From NCBI GenBank assembly GCA_963796275.1, contig CAWCKY010000007.1, positions 896,001-960,000 on the forward strand: a DNA stretch of 64,000 bases, read 5' to 3'. The notes under the pieces are model-generated. The model ran no database searches and was not told the DNA's origin. It saw nothing but the letters and a program-made list of their open reading frames with translations. Shown here piece by piece: positions 9,915 to 19,577 of this stretch; position 1 is the first letter of the stretch; each line of letters opens with the position of its first letter. The DNA is from an uncultured Acidobacteriota bacterium (GTDB lineage Bacteria; Acidobacteriota; Blastocatellia; RBC074). Both the position numbers and the translations under genes were made by a program.

Positions 9915-10946
9915 ATGAAAAACTCCAGCAAAAATAGTTACTTCTTTCTTCTAGTATCGTTCGTAGTCACCGCCTTGCTTGCCGGCACGCCCGCTTACGC
10001 GCAAGACAAGACAGTCGAGGTCGACCATATCTTCAGCTGGACCAAGCCAAACGAACCCGGATGCGCAGTCGCCCTTTCGCAGAAGGGAAAGCTGGTCGTG
10101 AACAAAGCTTACGGCTCGGCTGACCTCGAGCGCGATGTGCCTTTGAGCACAAATTCGGTCTTTGATGCCGGCTCGGTGAGAAAGCAGTTCGTCGCCGCGG
10201 CGATCCTGCTCCTTGTTGAGGAGGGGAAACTTTCGCTTTCGGACGATGTCCGCCAACACATTCCGCAGTTGCCCGATTACGGCCACAAGATCACAGTGGA
10301 CCATCTGCTCACCCATACGAGTGGCATTCGTGACTGGCAGCCGCTTCTCAATCTGGCTGGCGGAGATCCCGACGCGATGACTATGATACTGCGTCAGCGC
10401 GAGTTGCATTTCGTTCCGGGCGAGGAATGGTCCTATTCGAACAGCGGGTATGTGCTGCTCCCCGAGATCGTCGTCCGCGTAAGCGGAATGCCTTTCTCCG
10501 AATTCGCTCGCAAGCGCCTGTTCGAGCCATTGGGGATGAAGATGACGACGTACGTCGACGACCCGCTCTACCTCATCAAAAACCGGGCACTGGCCTATAA
10601 AAAGGAGGCGAGCGGATGGAAGATGGACATGTATCTCGGCAACGATCGCGGAGGAGCAGGGGGGCTGTTTACGACGGCGGTCGACCTCGTCACATGGAAC
10701 GATGCCTTGACCGCTAACCGCCTAGGTTCGTTTGTCACTCAAAAACTCCAGGAACCGACAGTACTGAATAATGGCAGGAAGCTAAGTTATGCCAGAGGCC
10801 TGCAATTGGAACCCTTCCGCCGCGGCGGCCAACTGGTGTGGCATAGCGGCGGAGCCGCCGGGTACAGCACACTCGCAGGCCGCCTTCCGGAACAGGGGCT
10901 CTCTGTTGCAACCCGCTGCTCCGCAACATCAAATTCACGCGGCTGA
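9915..10946 (+). CDS. Secreted serine hydrolase (beta-lactamase/AmpC-like family), possibly 3'-truncated
   Basis: Signal peptide; SxxK (SVRK), LLTHTSG, YSN and HSG motifs. Similarity appears to stop abruptly at GLSVA. Confidence 0.85.
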   Translation: MKNSSKNSYFFLLVSFVVTALLAGTPAYAQDKTVEVDHIFSWTKPNEPGCAVALSQKGKLVVNKAYGSADLERDVPLSTNSVFDAGSVRKQFVAAAILLLVEEGKLSLSDDVRQHIPQLPDYGHKITVDHLLTHTSGIRDWQPLLNLAGGDPDAMTMILRQRELHFVPGEEWSYSNSGYVLLPEIVVRVSGMPFSEFARKRLFEPLGMKMTTYVDDPLYLIKNRALAYKKEASGWKMDMYLGNDRGGAGGLFTTAVDLVTWNDALTANRLGSFVTQKLQEPTVLNNGRKLSYARGLQLEPFRRGGQLVWHSGGAAGYSTLAGRLPEQGLSVATRCSATSNSRG

Positions 10947-11279
10947 TCGACCGCTAGGGATATTTACAAATAGAAGATGTCCTTTGCGGTAACGCGGCGG
11001 CGCATCTGGTTTCTTTTCCTTACTGAATTGCCGCAAGAACACCGACGTTCTCTTCGAATCGCCGCTCGAGATGATAGCGGAGTTCCTCATCGAGGTCCTG
11101 CTCGGCTCGCCATATTGCCATTCCTGGATATCATCTTCTTGATACTCTCAAATTCTTTCAACCTCGCGATGTTTGTTGAGCGGATTCTGACCGACCGCTT
11201 TGCGGCAACAGGGACGGGGATATGCTGAATTATCTGACTGCCGTATGTGCTTCGGTCAATCGGTCAATGATAGATAACA

Positions 11280-11291
11280 TGCGTCTGATAA
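11280..11291 (+). other. XerC-arm-like half site TGCGTCTGATAA
   Basis: Intergenic; 16-bp identity (ACATGCGTCTGATAAC) with 15730-15745 and 11/12 identity with the arm of the dif-like site at 23416-23427. Confidence 0.45.
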
Positions 11292-11327
11292 CGAAACCGC
11301 TCTTGTTGTCCCGCCCTCGCCAACAAG

Positions 11328-11367
11328 AAGGAGGCTGCTCTCATTCTAAGGAGGCTGCTCTCATTCT
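11328..11367 (+). repeat. Perfect 20-bp tandem duplication
   Basis: AAGGAGGCTGCTCTCATTCT twice, upstream of the lactonase gene. Confidence 0.9.
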
Positions 11368-11479
11368 GCGGACTGTTACCATGGCCGTCTTCAGCGATAT
11401 TCTGCTCACGGATGCTGATCAGATCTAGTTGGCTTTACATTTTTCGCATACTATTTCCAAACACAAAAAAGGAGGACAC

Positions 11480-12766
11480 ATGCAAATAAAAGACGTGCAA
11501 CATCGACACGACACGCATAGCGCGGTCTCGCGTCGCGGCTTCCTCAAGGGAGCTGCGGCTGTCGCTGCAGCTGGATCAATACCAGTTCTGACACAACGAG
11601 ATCAAGGCCAACACCATGTCGGCTCGGAACATGACAGAATTTTGGCTTATGTCGGCTGCTACACTCCGAATGGCCAGGGCATTTACCTCTTTGAGGTGAA
11701 CCCCGCAAGCGGAAATCTAACGCAAATCAAGGTGTTCCAGGGTACGGACACTCCTCTAGTTTCTACCATGAACCCGTCCTGGCTCGCCTTTGATCCGCAG
11801 AAAAAATATCTTTACGCTGGAAATGAGATCTCAAATTTTGGGGGGACCACGAGTGGCGCGGTAAGCGCGTTTGCCGTCGACCGTTCGAGCGGCGACCTGA
11901 CATTCCTCAATTCGATTAGCTCGCAAGGTTCCGGCCCCGCTCACCTCAGCGTCGACCCGTCCGGGAGATATGTGCTGGTGGCCAATTACGGCGGCGGGAA
12001 CGTGGCTGTCCTGCCCATCCAATCGGACGGATCGTTAGGCAATGCCACGGACGTCAAGAACGACGCCGACGCATGCGCGCCAAGTCCGTGCACCGTGGGC
12101 CCAACGCGCGCTCAAAACGCACCTCCGGGTAGCTTTGCCATCAGCGGCCACGACAGACCTCACGCCCATATGATCCAGACCGACCCAACAGGCAACTTCG
12201 TAATTGTGAGTGATCTGGGACTCGATCTGACGATAATTTGGAAATTCGACAAGGCGGCGGGAACGCTTTCAGATCCCAAGACCTTCCCGACGTCTCCGGG
12301 AGCAGGGCCGCGCCATTTTTCCTTTCACCCCAACGGTCGATGGTTCTACTCGCTCAATGAAGAGGCCTCCACGCTTGATTTCATGATCTACGACGCCAGA
12401 CACGGATCGCTGCAACCTGTAGAAGAAGTTTCGACACTGCCCTCTAAATTCGTCGGCACCAATTTCACTTCAGAAGTGATTGTCTCGCACGACGGAAAAT
12501 TCATCTATGCTGCCAACCGTCTTCACGATACCATCGCTATCTTCGCCGTCGACGGGACGGGGGCGCCGAGGCTGATCGGCGAGGAATGGACGCGGGCGGA
12601 TTATCCGCGCAGCTGCAACATCGATCCGTCGGGGAAATTTCTATTCGTTTGCAATCACAGAGGTGACAGCATCACTACGTTTCGCATCGTAGGAGGTGGG
12701 CGCGGTCTTAAGTTCACAGGCCAATACACTCCAGTAGGCAGCCCGGCTGTGATCGTCTTCCTCTGA
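11480..12766 (+). CDS. Lactonase family protein (6-phosphogluconolactonase YbhE/Pgl-like beta-propeller), Tat-exported
   Basis: AGGAGG RBS before MQIKD; twin-arginine SRRGFLKG; motifs NPSWL, ANYGGG, PHAHM, GAGPRHF, YAANR. Confidence 0.9.
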   Translation: MQIKDVQHRHDTHSAVSRRGFLKGAAAVAAAGSIPVLTQRDQGQHHVGSEHDRILAYVGCYTPNGQGIYLFEVNPASGNLTQIKVFQGTDTPLVSTMNPSWLAFDPQKKYLYAGNEISNFGGTTSGAVSAFAVDRSSGDLTFLNSISSQGSGPAHLSVDPSGRYVLVANYGGGNVAVLPIQSDGSLGNATDVKNDADACAPSPCTVGPTRAQNAPPGSFAISGHDRPHAHMIQTDPTGNFVIVSDLGLDLTIIWKFDKAAGTLSDPKTFPTSPGAGPRHFSFHPNGRWFYSLNEEASTLDFMIYDARHGSLQPVEEVSTLPSKFVGTNFTSEVIVSHDGKFIYAANRLHDTIAIFAVDGTGAPRLIGEEWTRADYPRSCNIDPSGKFLFVCNHRGDSITTFRIVGGGRGLKFTGQYTPVGSPAVIVFL

Positions 12767-12878
12767 AACTGGGCGTGGGTCAGAGAAAGGGAACTGCGTG
12801 GTCACTCACCCGCCACTAAGTCGCTTTGCAACTATAGTGGGGAGATCAGCCATCGATACTGCCGGGTGCTACACAAGG

Positions 12879-13003
12879 CGGATGGCTATGGAGTTAATCG
12901 TGCTAGCGCACGATCTCAAAAATTCCTCCCCATCCAAGCCGCCCAAGATGGCTGCTATGGATGGGGTATCCTTTTGAGGTTTCTGATGAATCGTAGTTAT
13001 TCG
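12879..13003. ncRNA. Unidentified structured RNA/ssDNA element, copy A
   Basis: Homologous to 35520-35639 with compensatory base-pair changes. Hairpin ATCGTG/CACGAT, long stem CCCCATCCA/TGGATGGGG, apical loop CAAGAT. Confidence 0.6.
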
Positions 13004-13277
13004 ATGATCGAGAAGAGAACTGCGCGATGCTCTCGAGGCGACTCTTGCAGCTGGCTCGCCTCCTGAGGGTAAACTACAACCGCGGTCTCGGCCGCAGCCT
13101 TGTCGCTTCACATATCTCCTGCGACTGGATTTGCTCGAACCATCCGCTAGTTACCGCTGTATCACTTGCAGTCGATTATGGAGTTGAGAAGGAGACGCAC
13201 CGAGATATCATATCTAACTAGGAGGGCATCAAACCGTGGGGTAGGCCTCCAACAGGAGTAGATCAGGAATTACAGAT

Positions 13278-15659
13278 ATGCCCGCTAAACATAATCGACT
13301 AATGAAATATCAATTGCTGATCTCGGGGATAGTTATAACCCTTATCGCCTGGGTTATAGGGCAGGATGTTCTACCTGGAACCGCTTCGTTGACTGCGCAG
13401 GGCGATCCCGCAGCCCAGATGCCGGGAACCTCTCCCTTGACAGAGCAAGGCGATCTCGCAGCTCAGATGGTGGGTGGCATAAACGATTATCTCATTCGTG
13501 AATCAGCTCAAGCCGCACGCGACCGCGAGCTCTTCTGGCAACGCGATTTCTCGACGCCGGAAGCATACAATCGCTCGATTGAGCCGAATCGGAGGAATTT
13601 GCGGCGGATTATTGGGGCATTGGATCAAGCAATGCCAGCGAAAGCTCTTGAATTCGAGGCTTCGACAAGGGTGCCGTCGCTCGTCGGGAAAGGAAAAGGC
13701 TATAAGATTCACGCCGTCAGATGGCCGGTATTTCCTGGTGTGTATGCCGAGGGACTGTTTCTCGATCCGGATAGCCCGCCACTGGCGCGAGTTGTCGCAT
13801 TGCCGGACGCGGATTGGCAACCGGAGGCGCTGGCCGGCTTGACGACGGATCTTCCACCGGCGGCTCAGTTCGCCCGGCGCCTTGCTGAGAACCGTTGTCA
13901 GGTGTTGGTACCCGTGCTGATCGACCGGAAGGATACCTGGTCCGGCATCCCCGTATTCCGCATGACTAACCAGCCTCACCGCGAATGGATATATCGCATG
14001 TCTTTCGAGGTAGGCCGGCACATTATCGGGTACGAAGTCGAGAAGGTGCGCGCGGCGGTGGACTGGTTCTCCAGCGAAAACGTGAGTCGACCCGCGCCAA
14101 TCGTAGTTGTCGGCTACGGCGAGGGAGGGCTTGTCGCGTTCTATACTGCCGCGTTTGACAGACGTATCGCCGCGGTGTTGGTGAGCGGATATTTCCAGCC
14201 GCGCGAGCAATTGTGGAAAGAGCCGATCTATCGCGATGTGTGGGCACTGCTTCGCGAATTTGGCGATGCGGAGATAGCGAGCATGATTGCGCCGCGCGGA
14301 CTCGTGGTGGAAGCGAGCACCATCCCCAAAGTGATCGGACCGCCATCTGCGACGCAGCAGCGGCGAGGCGCCACTCCGAATGGTGCGCTGACCACGCCGG
14401 CATTCGAAGATGTGCGAGCCGAGGTGGAGCGTGCGCGGCCTGTTTTCACCAGCCTGAATCGTTCCGAGAATTTGAAGCTGATCCCGGTTGGCGATGAAGC
14501 AGGATTGCCGGGCACGGACGCTGCCCTCTCGGCTGTGCTGAGTCTGGCCGGGGTCAAGCAGAGATTCGCCGCTCCAGCGCCCCCGCCGGAGAACCTACGC
14601 TCCAACTTCGATCCATCCGAACGGATGCACCGGCAATTCGATCAACTCGTCGAGCACACGCAGCGGCTCGTCCGTCTGTCTCCCGCGCGCAGAACGGAGT
14701 TCTGGGCGAAAGCCGACGCCACCTCGCCCGAGAGTTGGAAGGCATCCACCGACTTTTACCGCGATTACATCTGGAATGAGGTGATCGGCCGGATGCCGAC
14801 GCCGAATGTCCCGGCCAATCCGCGCACCCGACTAATCTATGACCAGCCGAAATTCCGCGGATACGAAGTAATGCTGGATGTCTGGTCTGGCGTGTTTGCC
14901 TACGGAATTATCCTCATCCCCAAAGATATTCGACCCGGCGAAAATCGCCCCGTGGTGGTCTGTCAGCATGGGTTGGAAGATCGGCCGACCCGGCTCACAG
15001 ACCCAGATGTAGACAACCCCACCTATCATCGGTTCGCCGTCCGGCTGGCTGAAGAAGGGTTCGTCGTCTACGCACCGCAGAATCCGTATATCGGCCAGGA
15101 CCGCTTCCGGATCATCCAGCGCAAAGCGCATCCGCTGAAACTATCACTCTTCTCGTTCATTATCGGGCAACACCAGCGCACACTCGAATGGTTGTCGAGC
15201 CTTCCGTTCGTAGATCCGGGGCGTATCGGTTTTTACGGCCTGTCTTACGGTGGTAAGACAGCGATGCGCGTTCCTCCATTGCTGGACGGATATGCGCTCT
15301 CCATCTGCTCGGCCGATTTCAACGAATGGGTCTGGAAGAACACGAGTATCGACTCCGGCTATAGCTATCTGCTAACCCAGGAATACGACATGATCGAGTT
15401 CGATTTCGCCAATGTCGTCAATTACAGTGATCTCGCCAATCTCATGGCGCCGCGGCCGTTCATGGTGGAGCGCGGGCATGGCGATGGGGTAGCATCGGAT
15501 GAATGGGTCGCCTACGAATACGCCAAGGTGCGGCGGTTCTATGAAACAAAGATGCGCCTGCCGGACCACACCGAGATGGAAGTCTTCGACGGGCCACACT
15601 CTATCAATGGCCAGGGAACGTTCGCGTTTCTCAGGAAGCATCTTCGCCGACCCAAATGA
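13278..15659 (+). CDS. Secreted double alpha/beta-hydrolase (dienelactone hydrolase / carbohydrate esterase-like)
   Basis: 793 aa with N-terminal hydrophobic segment. Two hydrolase domains: degenerate GYGEGG and intact GLSYGG. Short N-terminal repeat LTAQGDPAAQM/LTEQGDLAAQM. Confidence 0.8.
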   Translation: MPAKHNRLMKYQLLISGIVITLIAWVIGQDVLPGTASLTAQGDPAAQMPGTSPLTEQGDLAAQMVGGINDYLIRESAQAARDRELFWQRDFSTPEAYNRSIEPNRRNLRRIIGALDQAMPAKALEFEASTRVPSLVGKGKGYKIHAVRWPVFPGVYAEGLFLDPDSPPLARVVALPDADWQPEALAGLTTDLPPAAQFARRLAENRCQVLVPVLIDRKDTWSGIPVFRMTNQPHREWIYRMSFEVGRHIIGYEVEKVRAAVDWFSSENVSRPAPIVVVGYGEGGLVAFYTAAFDRRIAAVLVSGYFQPREQLWKEPIYRDVWALLREFGDAEIASMIAPRGLVVEASTIPKVIGPPSATQQRRGATPNGALTTPAFEDVRAEVERARPVFTSLNRSENLKLIPVGDEAGLPGTDAALSAVLSLAGVKQRFAAPAPPPENLRSNFDPSERMHRQFDQLVEHTQRLVRLSPARRTEFWAKADATSPESWKASTDFYRDYIWNEVIGRMPTPNVPANPRTRLIYDQPKFRGYEVMLDVWSGVFAYGIILIPKDIRPGENRPVVVCQHGLEDRPTRLTDPDVDNPTYHRFAVRLAEEGFVVYAPQNPYIGQDRFRIIQRKAHPLKLSLFSFIIGQHQRTLEWLSSLPFVDPGRIGFYGLSYGGKTAMRVPPLLDGYALSICSADFNEWVWKNTSIDSGYSYLLTQEYDMIEFDFANVVNYSDLANLMAPRPFMVERGHGDGVASDEWVAYEYAKVRRFYETKMRLPDHTEMEVFDGPHSINGQGTFAFLRKHLRRPK

Positions 15660-15732
15660 AGCAAATGGAGACGAGTCGTTATTGACCAGGTCGACCTGTG
15701 GCTACCTTAAATCGCTTTCTGAGTAGCCGACA

Positions 15733-15761
15733 TGCGTCTGATAACAAATATCATTTGTAAG
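15733..15761 (+). other. Degenerate dif-like site
   Basis: (T)GCGTCTGATAA-CAAATA-TCATTTGTAAG: good XerC-like arm, 6-bp spacer, weak XerD-like arm. Confidence 0.45.
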
Positions 15762-15931
15762 TGTATCCCTTCAGAAAACTAATTCTGTAACAAAAGGACA
15801 AAAGCTCTTTGGGAGAGGGTACATCTTGACACTAGATGCCGCTCTTTCCGACAATGGGGCCCAACCAATTCTGATGGGCGCGTATGTTAATCTGCGATTT
15901 AGATTAACCCGCTCAGCCTTACTGTTCTGAT

Positions 15932-15968
15932 GATCTGCGGTTATAAATTCGATCTGTGGTTATACATT
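15932..15968 (+). promoter_or_regulatory. 18-bp imperfect direct repeat upstream of the oxidoreductase (candidate operator)
   Basis: GATCTGCGGTTATAAATT / GATCTGTGGTTATACATT, 19-bp period. Confidence 0.4.
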
Positions 15969-16042
15969 GCATGATCGTTCAAGAAATTTGCCAGAAAAAT
16001 TCACGTCTCGTGTGAGCTCACATCGAGAGGAGGTTCACGACC

Positions 16043-17357
16043 ATGAACAGACGCAAGTTCATAGCAGGCAGCGGTGCGGCACTTGCAACAACAGCCTGTT
16101 CTGCAGCAAATCCTTCTTCAGCTGCGAATCAGCGTAAACTCAGGATGGCGATTGTCGGCACGGGTTCACGCGGCTCATTTACGTGGGGTAGGGAAGTCGT
16201 GGAAAACTTCAGCGACGTCGTCGAGATCATCGGCTTATGCGATCACAACGGGAAACGCGTCGAGGCCGCGAAGCAATTGATAGGCACGTCCGCTCCCACC
16301 TTCACGGATTTCGACAGGATGATCAAAGAGACGCGCCCTGATGCCGTGACCGTCACCACGGTCGATTCGACTCATGCCCGTTATATTATCCGCGCTATGG
16401 AGCTCGGGTGCGATGTTATCAGTGAAAAGCCTCTCTGTACGGATGAAGAGCAATGCCAGGCTATACTCGACGCGCAGAAGAAGACGGGTAAGAAGATCAC
16501 CGTCACTTTCAACGGCCGCCACGGGTTGAAAGACAAGAAGATTAAAGAACTGCTGATGCAGAAGGCCATTGGCGACCTCATCTCGGTCGATTTCCATGAA
16601 TACCTCGACACAAGCCACGGCGCCGATTACTTCCGTCGCTGGCACAGACTGAAAGAGAATTCGGGCACGCTCCTCGTTCATAAGGCATCGCACCATTTCG
16701 ATCTTTCCAATTGGTGGATTAAATTCGAAGCCCACATCTGTGACGGCTTCGGGTGAATTGAAATTTTATGGGCGCAACAACTCCTACCGCAGTACACACT
16801 GCCGCCCATGCCCGCACAAAGGTGATTGCAAGTTTTACTATGATGTGACCAAGAATCAGCGGTATGTCAAACTTTATGTCGAATGTGAATCGGAGGACGG
16901 CTATCTGCGCGACGGTTGCGTCTGGCGCGAGGATATCAACATCTACGACACGATGTCGGTGATTGTCCAATACGAGAATGGCGTACGCTTGAATTATCTA
17001 GCCAACGCTTATCTTCCGTATGAAGGGCAGGCGATTTCGTTCAACGGGTCTAAGGGTCGAATCGATTGTAATGAGTATTCCGGTGGTGGATTCAATAGCG
17101 ACGAGTTACGAATAACGCGCAGCTTCGGTAAGTCAGAGGTGATATCTGATTTCGGTCCCCAACGTGAAGGTGGGCACGGCGGTTCCGATACTTCGGTCCA
17201 GGATTTGATCTTTCGCGGGTTACCGAAGCAGGATCCTCTGGGCCTTCGCGCGGATGTGCTAGCGGGCGCACTCTCGAGCCTGATCGGGATAGCCGCGCGC
17301 CGGAGTATCGAACGTGGCAGCCAAACTGTCAGGATCGGCGATCTGGTCAAACTCTGA
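16043..17357 (+). CDS. Gfo/Idh/MocA family oxidoreductase, Tat-type N-terminus, split by one frameshift near 16721
   Basis: MNRRKFIAG; Rossmann motif IVGTGSRG; EKP; HKASHHFDL; GHGGSD. Removing one A from ATTAAATTCG joins ORFs 16043-16756 and 16740-17357 as WWINSKPTSVTASG. Confidence 0.85.
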
Positions 17358-17368
17358 GCGCGAATCTG

Positions 17369-19561
17369 TCACTTATCGTTGTTCTTTGTCGAAGCAACCG
17401 CGCCCCAGGGTTCGATCATGCGCAAATCCTTGCGCTTCAGGGCATGGTAACAGTCCGGCAAATCGAAGCTCCCAAGCACGCCTGGCAAGAATGAAGAGAG
17501 TGGCCACGCATATTGCTCGGATTCGGCTACCTCAGAGTACGAAGTCAGCGCGTTCTTTAATGTCACCCGTTTTACCTGGTCTGAAAGAACTGCGGCAAAT
17601 GTTGCCGGCAATGCACCCCATCCTCTGCCCACCAGGTGGATATTCGTATGTCCGCAAGCAGCCAGCCAGTCGAGCACGAGAAGCAGGTCGTAGGTCTTCC
17701 GTCCGACATAGGGGCGATCGAGCATGAGCGAGTGCGCAGCATAGAAATAATCGTTTCCGTAAGGATTGAGAAACGTATTCTCGCCGCTGGTGTTCGGCTG
17801 CGATTCGCCGATGCCGCGCACATCGCAGGTGAAGAATGCGGAGTCTCGCTCGGCCGCCGACAACTCAGCCAGCAAGGGGTCATCACGCAGCTCCGCGTCG
17901 CTCGAATGGTGGGCGACGTAGAGCGCCGCCCGGTCAGAACCGCGCGGCGGCCGCGATAAAAGGCGTTCGTCGCTCAGCCGATAGACCAGAGCAAGCGCAT
18001 CCGGTTCGGTCTGCACAGCATAGGTCGTGAAGTATGGCCTGGGATACCGGCGATTGCGCAGCTCGCGTAGTATCCGGTAATCGGGAGCGTGATCGGATTC
18101 GTCCGATTTCAAATTGCTCCGTTTACTCCGTCTGTTTCGTTCCCTCCAATCTTCCAGACGCAACGACTTGATCAGCCGATCGCGTAACTCTCGTTCGGCG
18201 AGTCCTGTGGGACGTTTCTTTCCTAAAGCCTCCGAGTCGGCGCGCGTGAAGGAATAGATGGGTCGGGAGCGCAACTCGGCGACTTGACCCCCAGGCGTGC
18301 ACAGGAGAGTTTCGTCTTCCTCAAGTGTGAGCTTCGGTTCCGTTATCCTGTCTAGTTGCCCCGATTGCCCCGATTGCTCCGAATGCCCCGTTGCGCGTAG
18401 GAACCAGCGATACATCGCTTCACGGGCAGATATGGAAAAACCGTGATAATTAGGGCCAATGGAGAGCGCGATGTTGCCTGGCGAACCAAGCAAGGTGTAA
18501 AGGTGTTTGAGCCTGCGGTAGGCTTCTTCCGCTCCACGAGCGTCAAAGTAATCTTTCTCCTGTGCGATGATGATGACCGGTTTTGGGGCCATGGCGGCTA
18601 AGAAGTCAGCGTGATCCAGTCCCAGCGCCAGAGCTCTTGGTGGACATTGCTCAGCGTCAGCGGAAAGCTCGTTCTCGAGATTGCGGCGGAATGTAGTAAC
18701 AAAACAGCTCGGCGCGGCCATCGTCCAGCGGCTCTCCACGCCGCAAAGCCAGGTTGTCATCGTCCCTCCGCCCGAATTTCCAGTGATGCCTATGTGCCTG
18801 GCATCGACTTCCTCGCGAGTCAGCAGATAGTCCAATGCCCTGATGCCATCCCAGGCCCGCCAGGCGCCGAAGAACTCACCAGTCAGGATTTGCTGGTGGC
18901 CGGCGTATTGATGCTCGGCCACGCCGGCGGCGAGCTTAAATTTTTCGGGTGAATATTGTCGCCGCTCTCCCTGGCCGATCGGGTCGAAAATGAGGCAGAC
19001 GAAGCCCAGACGCGCTAAGCCTTGCGCGAAGGACTGGTAGGTCTCCGCGGCCTTGCCATTGTCGGTATGCCCGCAAGAGCCGACCACGCCTGGCAGCGGA
19101 AGCTTACGGCCTTTGGGAATGTACAGGTTGGCCGTCACCAGGAAGTCAGGGCGGCTTTCGAAGATTACCTTCTCGATCCGATATTCATCACGCTCAACCA
19201 CGCCCGTGATGCGCGGATTAAGGGGCGTCCGCTCTGGCCACGGGCCGAAACTCTGTTGAATCTTCTGCCGCAGATCTCGTACGTACCCCAGAGCATCGGC
19301 GCGCGTTTTCAAGGCTGATCTGCGCTTATCGGCTTGCTCCTCAATCTCTCGAATGCGCTCGACGAAGTACTCCTGCATCATACGAGGAAACCGGTTGAGC
19401 GCAGTCAGCGGCGGGGATGAATCGTTCTCCGTGGCCCCTTCTACTGCCCTGATCAGTTGGCCCGTCGGTGAAAGCGCGAAGCCGGTTATTGAAAGACTGA
19501 TGCCGCGTAATATTGCGCGACGGCTGAAGCCCGCATAGACGTCGCGAGGTAATTGGATCAT
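17369..19561 (-). CDS. Acetylxylan-esterase-like double alpha/beta-hydrolase, Tat-like signal
   Basis: Start reassigned to MIQLPRD (GAGG RBS); SRRAILRG; FESRPDFLVTANLY, DPIGQGER, nucleophile GNSGGG; second domain degenerate (GRGWGA). Confidence 0.82.
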   Translation of the reverse strand: MIQLPRDVYAGFSRRAILRGISLSITGFALSPTGQLIRAVEGATENDSSPPLTALNRFPRMMQEYFVERIREIEEQADKRRSALKTRADALGYVRDLRQKIQQSFGPWPERTPLNPRITGVVERDEYRIEKVIFESRPDFLVTANLYIPKGRKLPLPGVVGSCGHTDNGKAAETYQSFAQGLARLGFVCLIFDPIGQGERRQYSPEKFKLAAGVAEHQYAGHQQILTGEFFGAWRAWDGIRALDYLLTREEVDARHIGITGNSGGGTMTTWLCGVESRWTMAAPSCFVTTFRRNLENELSADAEQCPPRALALGLDHADFLAAMAPKPVIIIAQEKDYFDARGAEEAYRRLKHLYTLLGSPGNIALSIGPNYHGFSISAREAMYRWFLRATGHSEQSGQSGQLDRITEPKLTLEEDETLLCTPGGQVAELRSRPIYSFTRADSEALGKKRPTGLAERELRDRLIKSLRLEDWRERNRRSKRSNLKSDESDHAPDYRILRELRNRRYPRPYFTTYAVQTEPDALALVYRLSDERLLSRPPRGSDRAALYVAHHSSDAELRDDPLLAELSAAERDSAFFTCDVRGIGESQPNTSGENTFLNPYGNDYFYAAHSLMLDRPYVGRKTYDLLLVLDWLAACGHTNIHLVGRGWGALPATFAAVLSDQVKRVTLKNALTSYSEVAESEQYAWPLSSFLPGVLGSFDLPDCYHALKRKDLRMIEPWGAVASTKNNDK

Positions 19562-19577
19562 TGAAATCCTCACTTTT

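Noticed and set aside
12879-13003. Hammerhead ribozyme (three-way junction containing CTGATGA)
   Set aside because: The GAAA core is replaced by GTTAA, and copy B has TTGATAA instead of CTGATGA.
12866-13111. Small ORFs over the repeated element (also 35376-35786) as a conserved peptide family
   Set aside because: Similarity is equal in both opposite frames, limited to the hairpin, lacks shared starts or stops, and the changes are base-pair compensatory. A decayed gene is not fully excluded.
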